Origin: an uncultured Candidatus Saccharibacteria bacterium
GTDB taxonomy: Bacteria; Patescibacteriota; JABMPQ01; JAQVVF01
Assembly: GCA_964574655.1 (NCBI GenBank)
Contig: CAZNOH010000001.1
Coordinates: 201,852 to 265,851, forward strand
DNA: 64,000 nucleotides
Direction: 5' to 3'
Shown piece after piece: positions 9,249 to 18,024 of the stretch; the stretch's first letter is position 1, and every line of letters begins with the position of its first letter. A model generated the notes under the pieces. The model was not told where the DNA came from, ran no database searches, and saw only the letters and a program-made list of their open reading frames with translations. A program made the translations under genes and the position numbers.

Positions 9249-9260
9249 GGAGAAAAGGAA

Positions 9261-10979
9261 ATGCAAGGGATAACAGGACAACAGCATAGCTCTAATGAAC
9301 AAGAAAATTTTGGAAGAAGCTTGGAAAGAGAATATTTGGAACAAGGTTTGTATTGGGGTAGGATTGGTAGTAAGCCAAAAGATTATACTGCGCGGATTGG
9401 AATGGAAACTTATCCATTGAGTGGAAGCGAGGTTGAAACTTTGAGAAGACTGGGAATTTTAATTCCTAGATTTTTAGAAGGATGTGTTGATTTAGCGAGA
9501 AGATCTGTGTCTGGTGAATATCCATGGCTCTGGCAGGATTTGTGTTTTGGGAGATCGGATTTGCAAATTGCTATTTGGAAAAGAGAGCTTGAAAGAAAAG
9601 ATATCGTGTTGGCAAAGAGAGTAAGAATCGATGCGATTCGCACTGACAAAGGCTTGAGAATTAATGAGTTTACTTTAGGAGCGACTGGATCTGGATATAG
9701 CGGCTTAATTGATCTGATTTCTCGTAAGTTTTTTACGGGAAAGAATTTTTTTGAACCAATTGCCAAAAAATATGTTGAGGCAATACATGATCTGTTGCCA
9801 AACGGTGGTTTTGTTGGTATTCTTTTGACTCCATGGCGAGAATTATATGGGCCGGAGCAGTTTGCTTTGACTGGCTTGCTAAATGAATTTGGGAAAATCT
9901 TTGGTCTAAAATTTGCATTTGCATTTACTTATGAGGCTGAAGCAAGAGAAGGTGGCGTGTATTTGAGAGGCGAAAAATTGGATTTGATTGAAAGAGTTTT
10001 TAAAGAGTATACAGAAATTGATAAATTGATCTTGAATAGACTGGTAGGGCTTGCTGCAAAAATTGAGAAGCAGATTATTGATGCATATTTTGAAGGAAAG
10101 GTATTGTTGCATCCAAATCTTTTGACTTTTCTTGATTATAAAGAGTTGATGGCTTGGTTGTTTGACGAAGAGTTAGAATCAGAATGGAGAAAATATTTGA
10201 CAGACGACATGTTTGAGGAACTGAAAAATATTTTTGCTTACACAATTATTTTTAGGCCAGGTAGTTTTGTTTGGAAAGGCAAGAAATATGAAGAATCAGC
10301 CATGAGAGATTTAGAAAGCCAAATAGTGAAAAACATGGAATTTGAATTTGAAGGTAAAAGATTGATGCTGTTTTGTAATAATGGAGTGCAAACAAATGTT
10401 TGGACTGGTGAAAGTCTTATCGATGGTTTGGGAAATCTTGATGTGATAATTGATTGGCTAAATAAGATTGAATGTGGGAGCTATACTTGTCCAAAACAAA
10501 TAGCAGATCAAATTACTTTTTTTGCTAAGTCAGACCGTTTAATTATGATTGAAAAAGAAAGTGGGAGATGGAAGTTGAAGATCGTACAAGTTAAGAATGT
10601 TTTGTACTCTGATATTGTTTTGAAATTGTCTGGTGGAGATAACCAAGCAGCAGGTGGACACGGGATTGCTATTAGTAGATTGATGCCAAGAAAAATATGG
10701 AGTCGACATGTTAGTAATTTTTTGAAGCTAGCTCAAGTAAGAACTGTTGTTGCTCAAGAATATTGTGAGATGGCAGTTGATGAGATGATGGTCTTTGATC
10801 CAGTGACCAAAAAAGTGAGTAAAGAAAATGTAAGAACAAGAATTTGTGTTTGGTACTGGCTTGATAATGATGCGAGCAATTCTAGTTTTGGAGGAAATAC
10901 GGTAACTTGCATTCCAATCTCTGACGGCTATATTGTGCATGGCCGGTCTAATTCGGCGATGACGGCTTGTTCTTTTTAA
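9261..10979 (+). CDS. Glutathionylspermidine-synthase/circularly permuted ATP-grasp-like amide ligase (divergent)
   Basis: RIDAIRT..GLRINEF...TGSG, YKELMAWL, IVLKLSG....GGHGI and AQEY; start moved to the ATG after the purine-rich SD because the track's N-terminus translates repeat DNA. Confidence 0.55.
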   Translation: MQGITGQQHSSNEQENFGRSLEREYLEQGLYWGRIGSKPKDYTARIGMETYPLSGSEVETLRRLGILIPRFLEGCVDLARRSVSGEYPWLWQDLCFGRSDLQIAIWKRELERKDIVLAKRVRIDAIRTDKGLRINEFTLGATGSGYSGLIDLISRKFFTGKNFFEPIAKKYVEAIHDLLPNGGFVGILLTPWRELYGPEQFALTGLLNEFGKIFGLKFAFAFTYEAEAREGGVYLRGEKLDLIERVFKEYTEIDKLILNRLVGLAAKIEKQIIDAYFEGKVLLHPNLLTFLDYKELMAWLFDEELESEWRKYLTDDMFEELKNIFAYTIIFRPGSFVWKGKKYEESAMRDLESQIVKNMEFEFEGKRLMLFCNNGVQTNVWTGESLIDGLGNLDVIIDWLNKIECGSYTCPKQIADQITFFAKSDRLIMIEKESGRWKLKIVQVKNVLYSDIVLKLSGGDNQAAGGHGIAISRLMPRKIWSRHVSNFLKLAQVRTVVAQEYCEMAVDEMMVFDPVTKKVSKENVRTRICVWYWLDNDASNSSFGGNTVTCIPISDGYIVHGRSNSAMTACSF

Positions 10980-11130
10980 GGATTGTTCTTTTATGGATTG
11001 GTTAACAAATGTAAAATTTTGTTAACCTTTTTTGAAAATTACTAAATTTAAGATATACTAAATTGTTAAATTGTTCAATTGTTAATTCGAAAAAATATTG
11101 TATGGTAAAAAATGATGTTAATTAAATTTT

Positions 11131-12210
11131 ATGACAAAACAAGAAAAAGAAGCATTGAAAACTTTTTTAAGTTTAATAAAAATTGATAGTGAAACAGGCA
11201 ATGAAAAATTGGTTGCTGATTTTATTATTAATTATTTAAGAAAAATTAATGTTAATGCAATCAAAGATAAATTTGGAAATGTTATTGCAAAGATAAAAGG
11301 AAAAGGTGAACCAATTATTTTGTGTGCTCATATGGATACGGTAGCGCCTGGAAAAAATATAAAGCCAATAGTTAAGAATGGCGTGATTAGGAGCGATGGC
11401 AAGACAATTTTGGGAGCTGATGACAAGGCTGGTATTGCTGGTATTCTTTTTGCAGTTAAAAATTCAAGAAATAAAAAAAATAATAAACCTTTAGAATTGA
11501 TTTTTACAGTTGAAGAAGAAATTGGCTGTGTTGGCGCAAGAAATTTGGTTTTTAATACTATTAAGTCTAAGAAGGCAATAATTGTTGACAGTTCATCACG
11601 TTGTGGTTTTATTACAATTGGCGCTCCTTTTATTCAAAGTTTTTCAGGTGAAATCATTGGTAAAATGGCGCACTCGCGCGCACCAGAGGAAGGAATAAAT
11701 GCAATTAATTGTTTTGCGGAATTTGTAAAAATGTTTAGACCAGGAAGAATCAGTAAATATTGTGTTTCAAATATTGGCTTTGTTTCTGGTGGAAGAGGCG
11801 GTAACGTGATTTGCGATCAAATAAATTTTGTCGGCGAGATTAGAGCAATAGATAATGATGTTTTCAGAAAACGAGTTATTATTCTTAAAAAAATATTAAA
11901 AAATGCTTGCAGAAAATTTGGTGCAAAGTATAAACTAAAAATGGAGGAAAGCGTTGTTGGTTATGATCATAAGAAGAATAGCGCTTTGGTTAAAATGATT
12001 TGTAATGGGATAAAAAAAACTGGTTTAAAAGTATCATACGAAAAAAGAATGGGAGCAACTGATGCTAATGTATTTTGTGAAAAAGGAATAGAGGCTTTGA
12101 GTATTGGTTATGGTCGAGAAAAATGTCATAGTGTGAAAGAAAATATCAGGGTTTCGGATCTGGTAAAAATAGCGGGAATTCTTGAAAATCTGATACGCCT
12201 ATGTCCATAG
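11131..12210 (+). CDS. M20 family peptidase (peptidase T-like)
   Basis: AHMDTV, LGADDKAG, EEIG, GATDAN and CHS motifs. Confidence 0.9.
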   Translation: MTKQEKEALKTFLSLIKIDSETGNEKLVADFIINYLRKINVNAIKDKFGNVIAKIKGKGEPIILCAHMDTVAPGKNIKPIVKNGVIRSDGKTILGADDKAGIAGILFAVKNSRNKKNNKPLELIFTVEEEIGCVGARNLVFNTIKSKKAIIVDSSSRCGFITIGAPFIQSFSGEIIGKMAHSRAPEEGINAINCFAEFVKMFRPGRISKYCVSNIGFVSGGRGGNVICDQINFVGEIRAIDNDVFRKRVIILKKILKNACRKFGAKYKLKMEESVVGYDHKKNSALVKMICNGIKKTGLKVSYEKRMGATDANVFCEKGIEALSIGYGREKCHSVKENIRVSDLVKIAGILENLIRLCP

Positions 12211-12255
12211 GACTTTCACCTTCGCTTCTGCTTCGGTGGACAAGTTGGCGGACAA
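12196..12255. repeat. Nested CCGCC...GGACAAG elements overlapping the peptidase stop
   Basis: cgcctatgtccataggact[..caccttcgcttctgcttcggtggacaag]ttggcggacaag. Confidence 0.7.
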
Positions 12256-12276
12256 GGAAAATTAAGATAGTGTCAT

Positions 12277-12356
12277 AAAAAAGAATCCATATAATGTGGA
12301 TTCTTTTCTTGACAAAATATTTAATTAAGATATACTAGCGGATATGTTCTTTGACA
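12277..12356 (+). promoter_or_regulatory. Terminator hairpin fused to a sigma70 promoter, followed by a boxA-like motif
   Basis: aaaagaatccat..gtggattctttt; TTGACA(12309)-16 nt-TATACT(12331); tgttctttgaca at 12345. Confidence 0.65.
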
Positions 12357-12447
12357 TCTAATGTCATTTTTTTATTCTCAAAATGGCGCCCTAGAATAGG
12401 GCAAAAGTCCGCCAAAGGATATTGGCGGTATTCGGAGGGAAAGGGAA

Positions 12448-12777
12448 ATGGAGTTTGGAACGTTCGTAGATCTGGTGCGGATGGCTGGCGGTTGCAGAGA
12501 TGTTGAAGGGAATGAAATGCATGGAATGCAAGTGATCGAGCGGGTGGCAAAGGAAAATGATTTGAACCTAGAGAGAGTTATTCAGTTTTTTCAGGAGTAT
12601 GGACTGAGATGCGATTGTCAGGTTCCTTGTCTAGTAATTTCGAATGGCATGCTTCGAATGGCTTGGTTAACGATGACGATGGGCAGAAGTATTGAGATTG
12701 GTTTGCCTAGTGGTTTGGGACAAGAAAGGACACCCACAAGACGTTTTGATGCGTCTTCGTGTGAAGAGGGGGCGTGA
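12448..12777 (+). CDS. Small Cys-rich protein, DUF2695-like (CDCQV motif)
   Basis: GGC...H...FFQEYGLRCDCQV; strong SD. Confidence 0.55.
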   Translation: MEFGTFVDLVRMAGGCRDVEGNEMHGMQVIERVAKENDLNLERVIQFFQEYGLRCDCQVPCLVISNGMLRMAWLTMTMGRSIEIGLPSGLGQERTPTRRFDASSCEEGA

Positions 12778-12778
12778 G

Positions 12779-13165
12779 ATGCAGGTTGGAACTTTCTATC
12801 AAGAGCTGAATGCTCGTCGTGGCGGATGTTGCAAAGATGGAAAACACAGTTTGCAAAGAACTGAAGAAGTGATTGCAGAATATAATGCAACGCAGAAACG
12901 TGGATCTGGCAGAATCTATTTTGGAAGGGTGATGGTTTTCTTCAGAGCCTTGAGAATTGAATGCGATTGTCAAGTTCTGGCGAGATTCAATCCTTTTCAA
13001 GATCTTATGTGCGTTCAGAATTGGAATTTGGCGATTTTGCCAAGCAGTAGCAGTCCTGTTGGATCAGAAGGCAAAGGTTTTTTTTATCTATTGCAAAGCA
13101 GAAGGGCAAAATTCGGTGAACTGAAAATTGAACCTGTTTTGACTCTAGAGAGAGGTGACTATTGA
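12779..13165 (+). CDS. Small Cys-rich protein, DUF2695-like; tandem paralog of the previous gene
   Basis: GGCCKDG.H...FFRALRIECDCQVL; ATG 12779 follows gaggggg. Confidence 0.55.
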   Translation: MQVGTFYQELNARRGGCCKDGKHSLQRTEEVIAEYNATQKRGSGRIYFGRVMVFFRALRIECDCQVLARFNPFQDLMCVQNWNLAILPSSSSPVGSEGKGFFYLLQSRRAKFGELKIEPVLTLERGDY

Positions 13166-13374
13166 GACAAGGCCAAATGGTAGATCGAATACTTTCGGCA
13201 TTGGTCTTTAGCCTATTTAGCAATCAGTTGCCAGTTGATTTCGTTTTCATGATGAATCAGGCAAGACGAAAAGAAGGTGTTCCTCTCGAACGATGCGAGA
13301 AAGCTGTTTCGACAGTTCGGATTCAGAGGAATCCAAGAGATAAAAGATTTCATTTTTTGAAACTTCGCGGTTAG
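13162..13374 (+). CDS. Hypothetical protein
   Basis: Overlaps the upstream stop; gaggtg SD; followed by terminator. Confidence 0.4.
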   Translation: MRQGQMVDRILSALVFSLFSNQLPVDFVFMMNQARRKEGVPLERCEKAVSTVRIQRNPRDKRFHFLKLRG

Positions 13375-13389
13375 TTTGTTCTTTTTCAT

Positions 13390-13415
13390 AAAGCTACATT
13401 AATGTGGCTTTTTTT
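13390..13415 (+). terminator. Intrinsic terminator
   Basis: aaagctacat-ta-atgtggcttt followed by a T run. Confidence 0.7.
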
Positions 13416-13534
13416 ATTGACAAAATAGAAAAATGTTATAATATATATTGATGTTTGGACGATAATCATTCTTAGAGGAAAGATCTTTAGAAAATTATTT
13501 CGTGATAGTAGGAACCCAAAAAAGGAGGGAGAGA

Positions 13535-14191
13535 ATGTCAGAGAACAAGACTCGATTTTCTAGTATCGTGTTATTTGTTTTGATAAGCGTTTTGTTATCT
13601 TGCGAACAAGATCAGAGTCAAAACCAAAGTATTTCTTTGTCGGAAGATCAGTTTGGAAGCGTGTCAGGTGCAGTATATATTAAGTTCCCGGGAGGAGGAG
13701 TCATTCCTTATTTAGCTATAAAAGAAGGTCGAGAAATACGATGTTTATTTACTGAAGAAGGGAGGTTTCTATATGAATGTACTGGACAATACAATGATTT
13801 TGATACGGAATTGAGAATACAGTATAGCTATAAGGGTAACAATAGCGATCTTATGGATGCTTGTAGATCTAATCCTCTATGTCAATACGAGGGAGTTGAT
13901 GCGGTAGATTTTGACGGGACATATTCTTTTTCCAATTTGTTAATTGGCAAATACGAAGTTAAGGTAGGCGCTCTTCATATTGAGAAAGAAAGTAAATTTG
14001 TCAATTCTGAATGTTTTGCTATTAAGGACAATGGTGACAAATTGTCTGTAGAAGGTGTTAATTTGAATTTCTCTGTGTGGGGTAGCAGTTTTTATCAAAC
14101 AGTTGGTAGTGAGACAATTGCTGATATCACAGTTCTGGCAAAGTATTGGGCTACTCGGTATCCGACATTGAGATGCGAAGTAATTGAATAG
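13535..14191 (+). CDS. Putative lipoprotein/secreted Cys-containing protein
   Basis: Hydrophobic signal ending LLSC (lipobox-like); aggagg SD before ATG 13535. Confidence 0.6.
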   Translation: MSENKTRFSSIVLFVLISVLLSCEQDQSQNQSISLSEDQFGSVSGAVYIKFPGGGVIPYLAIKEGREIRCLFTEEGRFLYECTGQYNDFDTELRIQYSYKGNNSDLMDACRSNPLCQYEGVDAVDFDGTYSFSNLLIGKYEVKVGALHIEKESKFVNSECFAIKDNGDKLSVEGVNLNFSVWGSSFYQTVGSETIADITVLAKYWATRYPTLRCEVIE

Positions 14192-14266
14192 AAAATTTCT
14201 TTGCTTGGATCTATAATAATTTTTGTTTTTTTGTGTAAGAAGTTATGTATTAGCTTCTTTTTTTTG

Positions 14267-14295
14267 TTGATTGTGAGGTTGTTAAAGCGTATAAT
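14267..14295 (+). promoter_or_regulatory. Sigma70 promoter upstream of the tRNA region
   Basis: TTGATT-17 nt-TATAAT. Confidence 0.7.
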
Positions 14296-14306
14296 AATAT
14301 TTGTGT

Positions 14307-14354
14307 CGGGGACTAGTATACCGGCAGGCAGGTATGCCCAATGGGGTGGGTAGT
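14307..14354 (+). pseudogene. Decayed 5' copy of tRNA-Pro(GGG)
   Basis: cggggactagtata...gtatgcccaatggggtgggtag mirrors 14382-14426; no T arm or 3' acceptor strand. Confidence 0.55.
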
Positions 14355-14381
14355 GAAGTTTTAGAATTTTTATTCTAATAT

Positions 14382-14452
14382 CGGGGAATAGTATATCGGT
14401 AGTACGCATGTACGGGGTACATGTAGGGGGAGTCCAATTCTCCCTTCCCCGA
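14382..14452 (+). tRNA. tRNA-Pro (GGG), atypical C33 and C55, CCA not encoded
   Basis: Acceptor CGGGGAA/TTCCCCG; D stem GTAT/GTAC; anticodon arm CATGT-ACGGGGT-ACATG; T arm GGGAG-TCCAATT-CTCCC. Confidence 0.8.
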
Positions 14453-14578
14453 AAGTTATAAATGTAATTAAACTTGACATTTTTTTTGATTTTTGTTATG
14501 ATATCCTAACAATCAAATAATCAATTTTTTCTAAAAAGACAGTCTTGTACAGAGTGTCTTTTTATATAGATTTACATT

Positions 14579-15577
14579 ATGAAAAAGATACCATATTCAA
14601 AATTTAATTGCACAGGAGCATTGTTGTCGGCGGCCAAAAAAAAGGGCGTTAGTGTTGAGTTGGTTGATGAAGTTAGAGGCTTGAGGATTTTTAGTAAAAA
14701 AGGTAAAAATGTCTATGTAAAATGGCATGTGCCTGATTTGAATAGTCATATTTCTTGCAATATATCTGGCAACAAAGCTTTGGCAAAATTAATTTATAAT
14801 AAAAACAAAATTCCGAATCCAAAAGGTTGGATTTTAAAAAACATGCGCAAGACTTTGCAGATGATTGATCAAGGAATTATCAAATTTCCAGTTGTAGTCA
14901 AGCCAATAGATGGCAGTCAAGGTCATGCAGTAACTGTTGAAATAAAAGATAAGGAATGTTTAATTGGTGCAATTAAAGAAGTTTATAAATACAATCGTCG
15001 TAAAAAAGGTAGGAAAAATTCTTTTTTGATAGAAGAATATCTTTCGGGCTGTGATTATCGTCTTTTGGTGATGGACGGAAAGGTGCTGACATCATTACGC
15101 CGTGAGCCGGCTTATGTTGATTGTGATGGTAAGCAGACAATTAGAGAGTTGATTAGTGAGTATAATAATCAGCCAGGAGTAGGGAAGGATCAGCCATTAT
15201 GTCCAATTGTGAAGGATTTTGAATTTAGAAGGAATTTGAGAGAAAAAAGTATAACTGAAGAAAGCATTATTTTAAAAGGTAAAAAAGTTTATTTGAGACA
15301 GAATGCTAATGTCAGTACAGGAGGCAGATCTTTTGAATGTGATGATGAAGTCAATCCTGAATATAAAAAACTGGCAGTGAAAATTGCTGATATTTTTCAA
15401 TTGAGATTTTGCGCAGTTGATTTAATTGCAGTTGATATTAAAAAGTTTGAAAAATTTGGCATAATTGAAACAAATTATATGCCGGGTTTTGATATTCATG
15501 AGGTGCCGTATCAAGGCAAGCCATTTCGTGTGGCTGAGTCTTTGATGGATGCGATGTTTGATTCGTCTTTGTCTTGA
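14579..15577 (+). CDS. ATP-grasp ligase, similar to the cyanophycin synthetase/GshF ATP-grasp module
   Basis: FPVVVKPIDGSQGHAV, IEEYLSGCDYRLLV, RREPAYV..DG, NANVSTGG and IIETNYMPG. Confidence 0.8.
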   Translation: MKKIPYSKFNCTGALLSAAKKKGVSVELVDEVRGLRIFSKKGKNVYVKWHVPDLNSHISCNISGNKALAKLIYNKNKIPNPKGWILKNMRKTLQMIDQGIIKFPVVVKPIDGSQGHAVTVEIKDKECLIGAIKEVYKYNRRKKGRKNSFLIEEYLSGCDYRLLVMDGKVLTSLRREPAYVDCDGKQTIRELISEYNNQPGVGKDQPLCPIVKDFEFRRNLREKSITEESIILKGKKVYLRQNANVSTGGRSFECDDEVNPEYKKLAVKIADIFQLRFCAVDLIAVDIKKFEKFGIIETNYMPGFDIHEVPYQGKPFRVAESLMDAMFDSSLS

Positions 15578-15727
15578 GTTAAGTAGCTTTCCGATTCTAT
15601 TGACAAACCCTAAAATATTTGCTATACTTAAAATAATTAGAAATCAGGGTGTTTTCACCCATAGATTCGAGCCTCGCTCATGCATTTTATTAAATATGTG
15701 ACGTTGCAGGAATCGGATCACATATTT

Positions 15728-17041
15728 ATGTTAAATGAAGCAAAGCTTTCAAAGAAAGCGACATTTTTAAATCTTGGATTAGTCCCGGATCTTTTAAGTG
15801 CGTTAGAAAAACAACAATTTACAATTCCTACTCCAATTCAGGAGAAGGCTATTCCAGTTGCTATTTCCGAAAAAGATATTATTGGTATCGCTCAAACAGG
15901 TACTGGCAAGACATTGGCTTTTGGTTTGCCAATGATGCAAAGAATTGCTAAAACAAATGGACAAGGTTTGATTCTTTTGCCAACTAGAGAATTGGCAATG
16001 CAAGTTGAAGAATCATTATTAAAAATTGCTAGAACTCTTGGTCTTAAAACTGCAATATTAGTTGGTGGCGCATCAATGAGTATGCAAAGACAAAGAATTT
16101 ATAGCCATCCACATATTATTATTGGTACGCCTGGCCGTATTATTGATCATCTGCAAAGACGCAATTTGAATTTGAGCAAAGTTAATACTTTGGTTTTAGA
16201 TGAAGCTGATAGAATGTTGGACATGGGTTTTGCACCTCAAATCAAAGAAGTATTAGAAACTGTACCAACAAATAGACAAACAATGTTATTTTCTGCAACA
16301 ATGCCTGGAAGAATAGTTGCAATTGCTGCAAAGTACATGAAAAGCCCGATTAGAATTGAAGTAGCTCAATCTGGTACTGCAGCTGAAAAAGTAGAACAAG
16401 AAATGTTTGTTGTTAATCCACATCAAAAAAGATTGTTAGTATCAAAATTGTTAAAACAATACAAAGGAACTGTATTAATTTTTACTAGAACTAAATTTGG
16501 TGCAAGTAAATTATGCAGATTTTTAATTACTTCTGGATTCAGCGCTTCTGAAATTCATTCAAATAAAAGCTTTGCGCAAAGACAGGTTGCTTTGAATTTA
16601 TTCAAACAAGGAAGATCAAGAATATTGGTTGCAACTGATGTTGCATCACGCGGTATTGATGTTTCTGATATTGAATTAGTTATTAACTATGATTTGCCTG
16701 ATGATCCAGAAGATTATGTACATAGAATTGGTAGAACTGGCAGAGCTGGAAAGGGCGGAAAGGCAATTTCATTTGCTTTGCCAACCCAAAAACATAAAGT
16801 TGTGCAAGTAGAAAGACTAATTAGAAATAATATTACTATTTCTAAAACTCCAGAATTAGAACAGTCAATTCAACAAGCGACAAATTCTTTTCGTCCAACA
16901 CAAATTAAGACTCCCATTCAAGGAAGAGGCAGATCTAGTTTTCAAGGACAAGGACGCGGACAAAAGCAAGCTAGCGGACAAGGCAATAGACGTTTTCCAA
17001 AAAGAAATGGCGGACAATTTAATTATGGAACTGGTTGGTAA
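15728..17041 (+). CDS. DEAD-box RNA helicase (RhlE/CshA-like)
   Basis: AQTGTGKT, PTRELA, DEAD, SAT and HRIGRTGR; G/R/Q-rich tail. Confidence 0.95.
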   Translation: MLNEAKLSKKATFLNLGLVPDLLSALEKQQFTIPTPIQEKAIPVAISEKDIIGIAQTGTGKTLAFGLPMMQRIAKTNGQGLILLPTRELAMQVEESLLKIARTLGLKTAILVGGASMSMQRQRIYSHPHIIIGTPGRIIDHLQRRNLNLSKVNTLVLDEADRMLDMGFAPQIKEVLETVPTNRQTMLFSATMPGRIVAIAAKYMKSPIRIEVAQSGTAAEKVEQEMFVVNPHQKRLLVSKLLKQYKGTVLIFTRTKFGASKLCRFLITSGFSASEIHSNKSFAQRQVALNLFKQGRSRILVATDVASRGIDVSDIELVINYDLPDDPEDYVHRIGRTGRAGKGGKAISFALPTQKHKVVQVERLIRNNITISKTPELEQSIQQATNSFRPTQIKTPIQGRGRSSFQGQGRGQKQASGQGNRRFPKRNGGQFNYGTGW

Positions 17042-17046
17042 TTTAG

Positions 17047-17091
17047 CAAGCGCTGATTTTACGCTGATTCTGAACGCTGATAAACGCTGAT
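17047..17091 (+). repeat. Four-unit CGCTGAT array
   Basis: Units at 17051, 17062, 17075 and 17085. Confidence 0.85.
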
Positions 17092-17165
17092 GATTTTAAT
17101 ATTTATTTATTTTGTGATAAAATATATCTAGATTAATTTAGGTATATTTTTTTAACATAAATATT

Positions 17166-17354
17166 ATGCCAAAAAGAAAAGGCGTATTTAGAACAAAAAT
17201 GGAACGAAAGGGCAAAAAATTGTATGCCAAGCGGGAAAGAACTGGAGAATTCAAAGACATCCAGAATATTTCCAAATGTGTGAAGGGCGAAATAAAACAG
17301 CACTCGAAGAAAAAAGTTAAGCCTGGCTATGGTTTTCGCGGTGAGACAAAATAA
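17166..17354 (+). CDS. Small basic hypothetical protein
   Basis: 62 aa, K/R-rich, AT-rich leader like other native genes. Confidence 0.6.
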   Translation: MPKRKGVFRTKMERKGKKLYAKRERTGEFKDIQNISKCVKGEIKQHSKKKVKPGYGFRGETK

Positions 17355-17455
17355 ATTTTATTATTTTTTTAGATATTAGATATTCTAAAAATATAGTCTT
17401 GTTATTTGTTAAAAATCTAATAAAATATAATTATTGCTTATAACATAAAAAATAT

Positions 17456-17884
17456 ATGGCATTGTTAGAATTAATAAAAAACATAGTTGCGGAATTACCA
17501 GCAGAATTAAAAGAAAAAAACGGAAAATATGAATTTGAATTGAAAATTGCTGAGCGAAAAGTTTTTTTATCAAACAAGAAATTAATGTATATCGGAAAAT
17601 TTAGAATTGAGGAGGAAAAGAAAGAGCTAATCTTTTCTGAAATGTTAAAAGAAACTGGATTCGGATTATCTGGGGGTGGAATTGACGAGACTCCTGGATT
17701 TAGTTTTAAGACGGAAACTTATAAAACTGGAATTGGTCCAAGAAATGGAAAAATAGAAGAGCAGTCAGAATTATTTAAGAAGAAATATGATTATAAATTT
17801 GATTTTCAAGCAATAAGAAGTCAAATTGAACAAGCAGCTAAAGATGCTGGCTATAATTTTAAATATCAAATAATTGGAGTATAA
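17456..17884 (+). CDS. Hypothetical protein
   Basis: Clean 142-aa ORF with host-like codon usage. Confidence 0.7.
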   Translation: MALLELIKNIVAELPAELKEKNGKYEFELKIAERKVFLSNKKLMYIGKFRIEEEKKELIFSEMLKETGFGLSGGGIDETPGFSFKTETYKTGIGPRNGKIEEQSELFKKKYDYKFDFQAIRSQIEQAAKDAGYNFKYQIIGV

Positions 17885-17947
17885 TCCGCCTTTGTCCTGC
17901 CCTCGTTTTACTACGGCAGGCAAGCCTGTGGGACTACGGCGGACAAG
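17885..17947. repeat. CCGCC...GGCGGACAAG element with a second element nested inside
   Basis: tccgcctttgt[cctgccctcgttttactacggcaggcaag]cctgtgggactacggcggacaag; outer part matches 9215-9248. Confidence 0.8.
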
Positions 17948-18024
17948 AAGTTAAAGTATTTTTTTTGTAGTGAGTCTTTAAAAAAGTTTTGTAGTGTGTT
18001 TTAGAGGTTTATAATATTAACAGA

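Noticed and set aside
9162-9260. Track's N-terminal extension of the ATP-grasp ORF (also 35192 rplP, 43469 map, 12692, 13502)
   Set aside because: The extensions translate repeat or regulatory DNA or overlap the upstream gene; downstream ATGs match family starts or SD position
14579-15577. Full cyanophycin synthetase CphA
   Set aside because: Only the ATP-grasp module (332 aa); no Mur-ligase-like domain and no cyanophycinase nearby
17047-17091. CGCTGAT and similar arrays as CRISPR
   Set aside because: Units are 7 nt with 3-6 nt spacers; no 25-40 nt repeats, no unique spacers and no cas genes in the window
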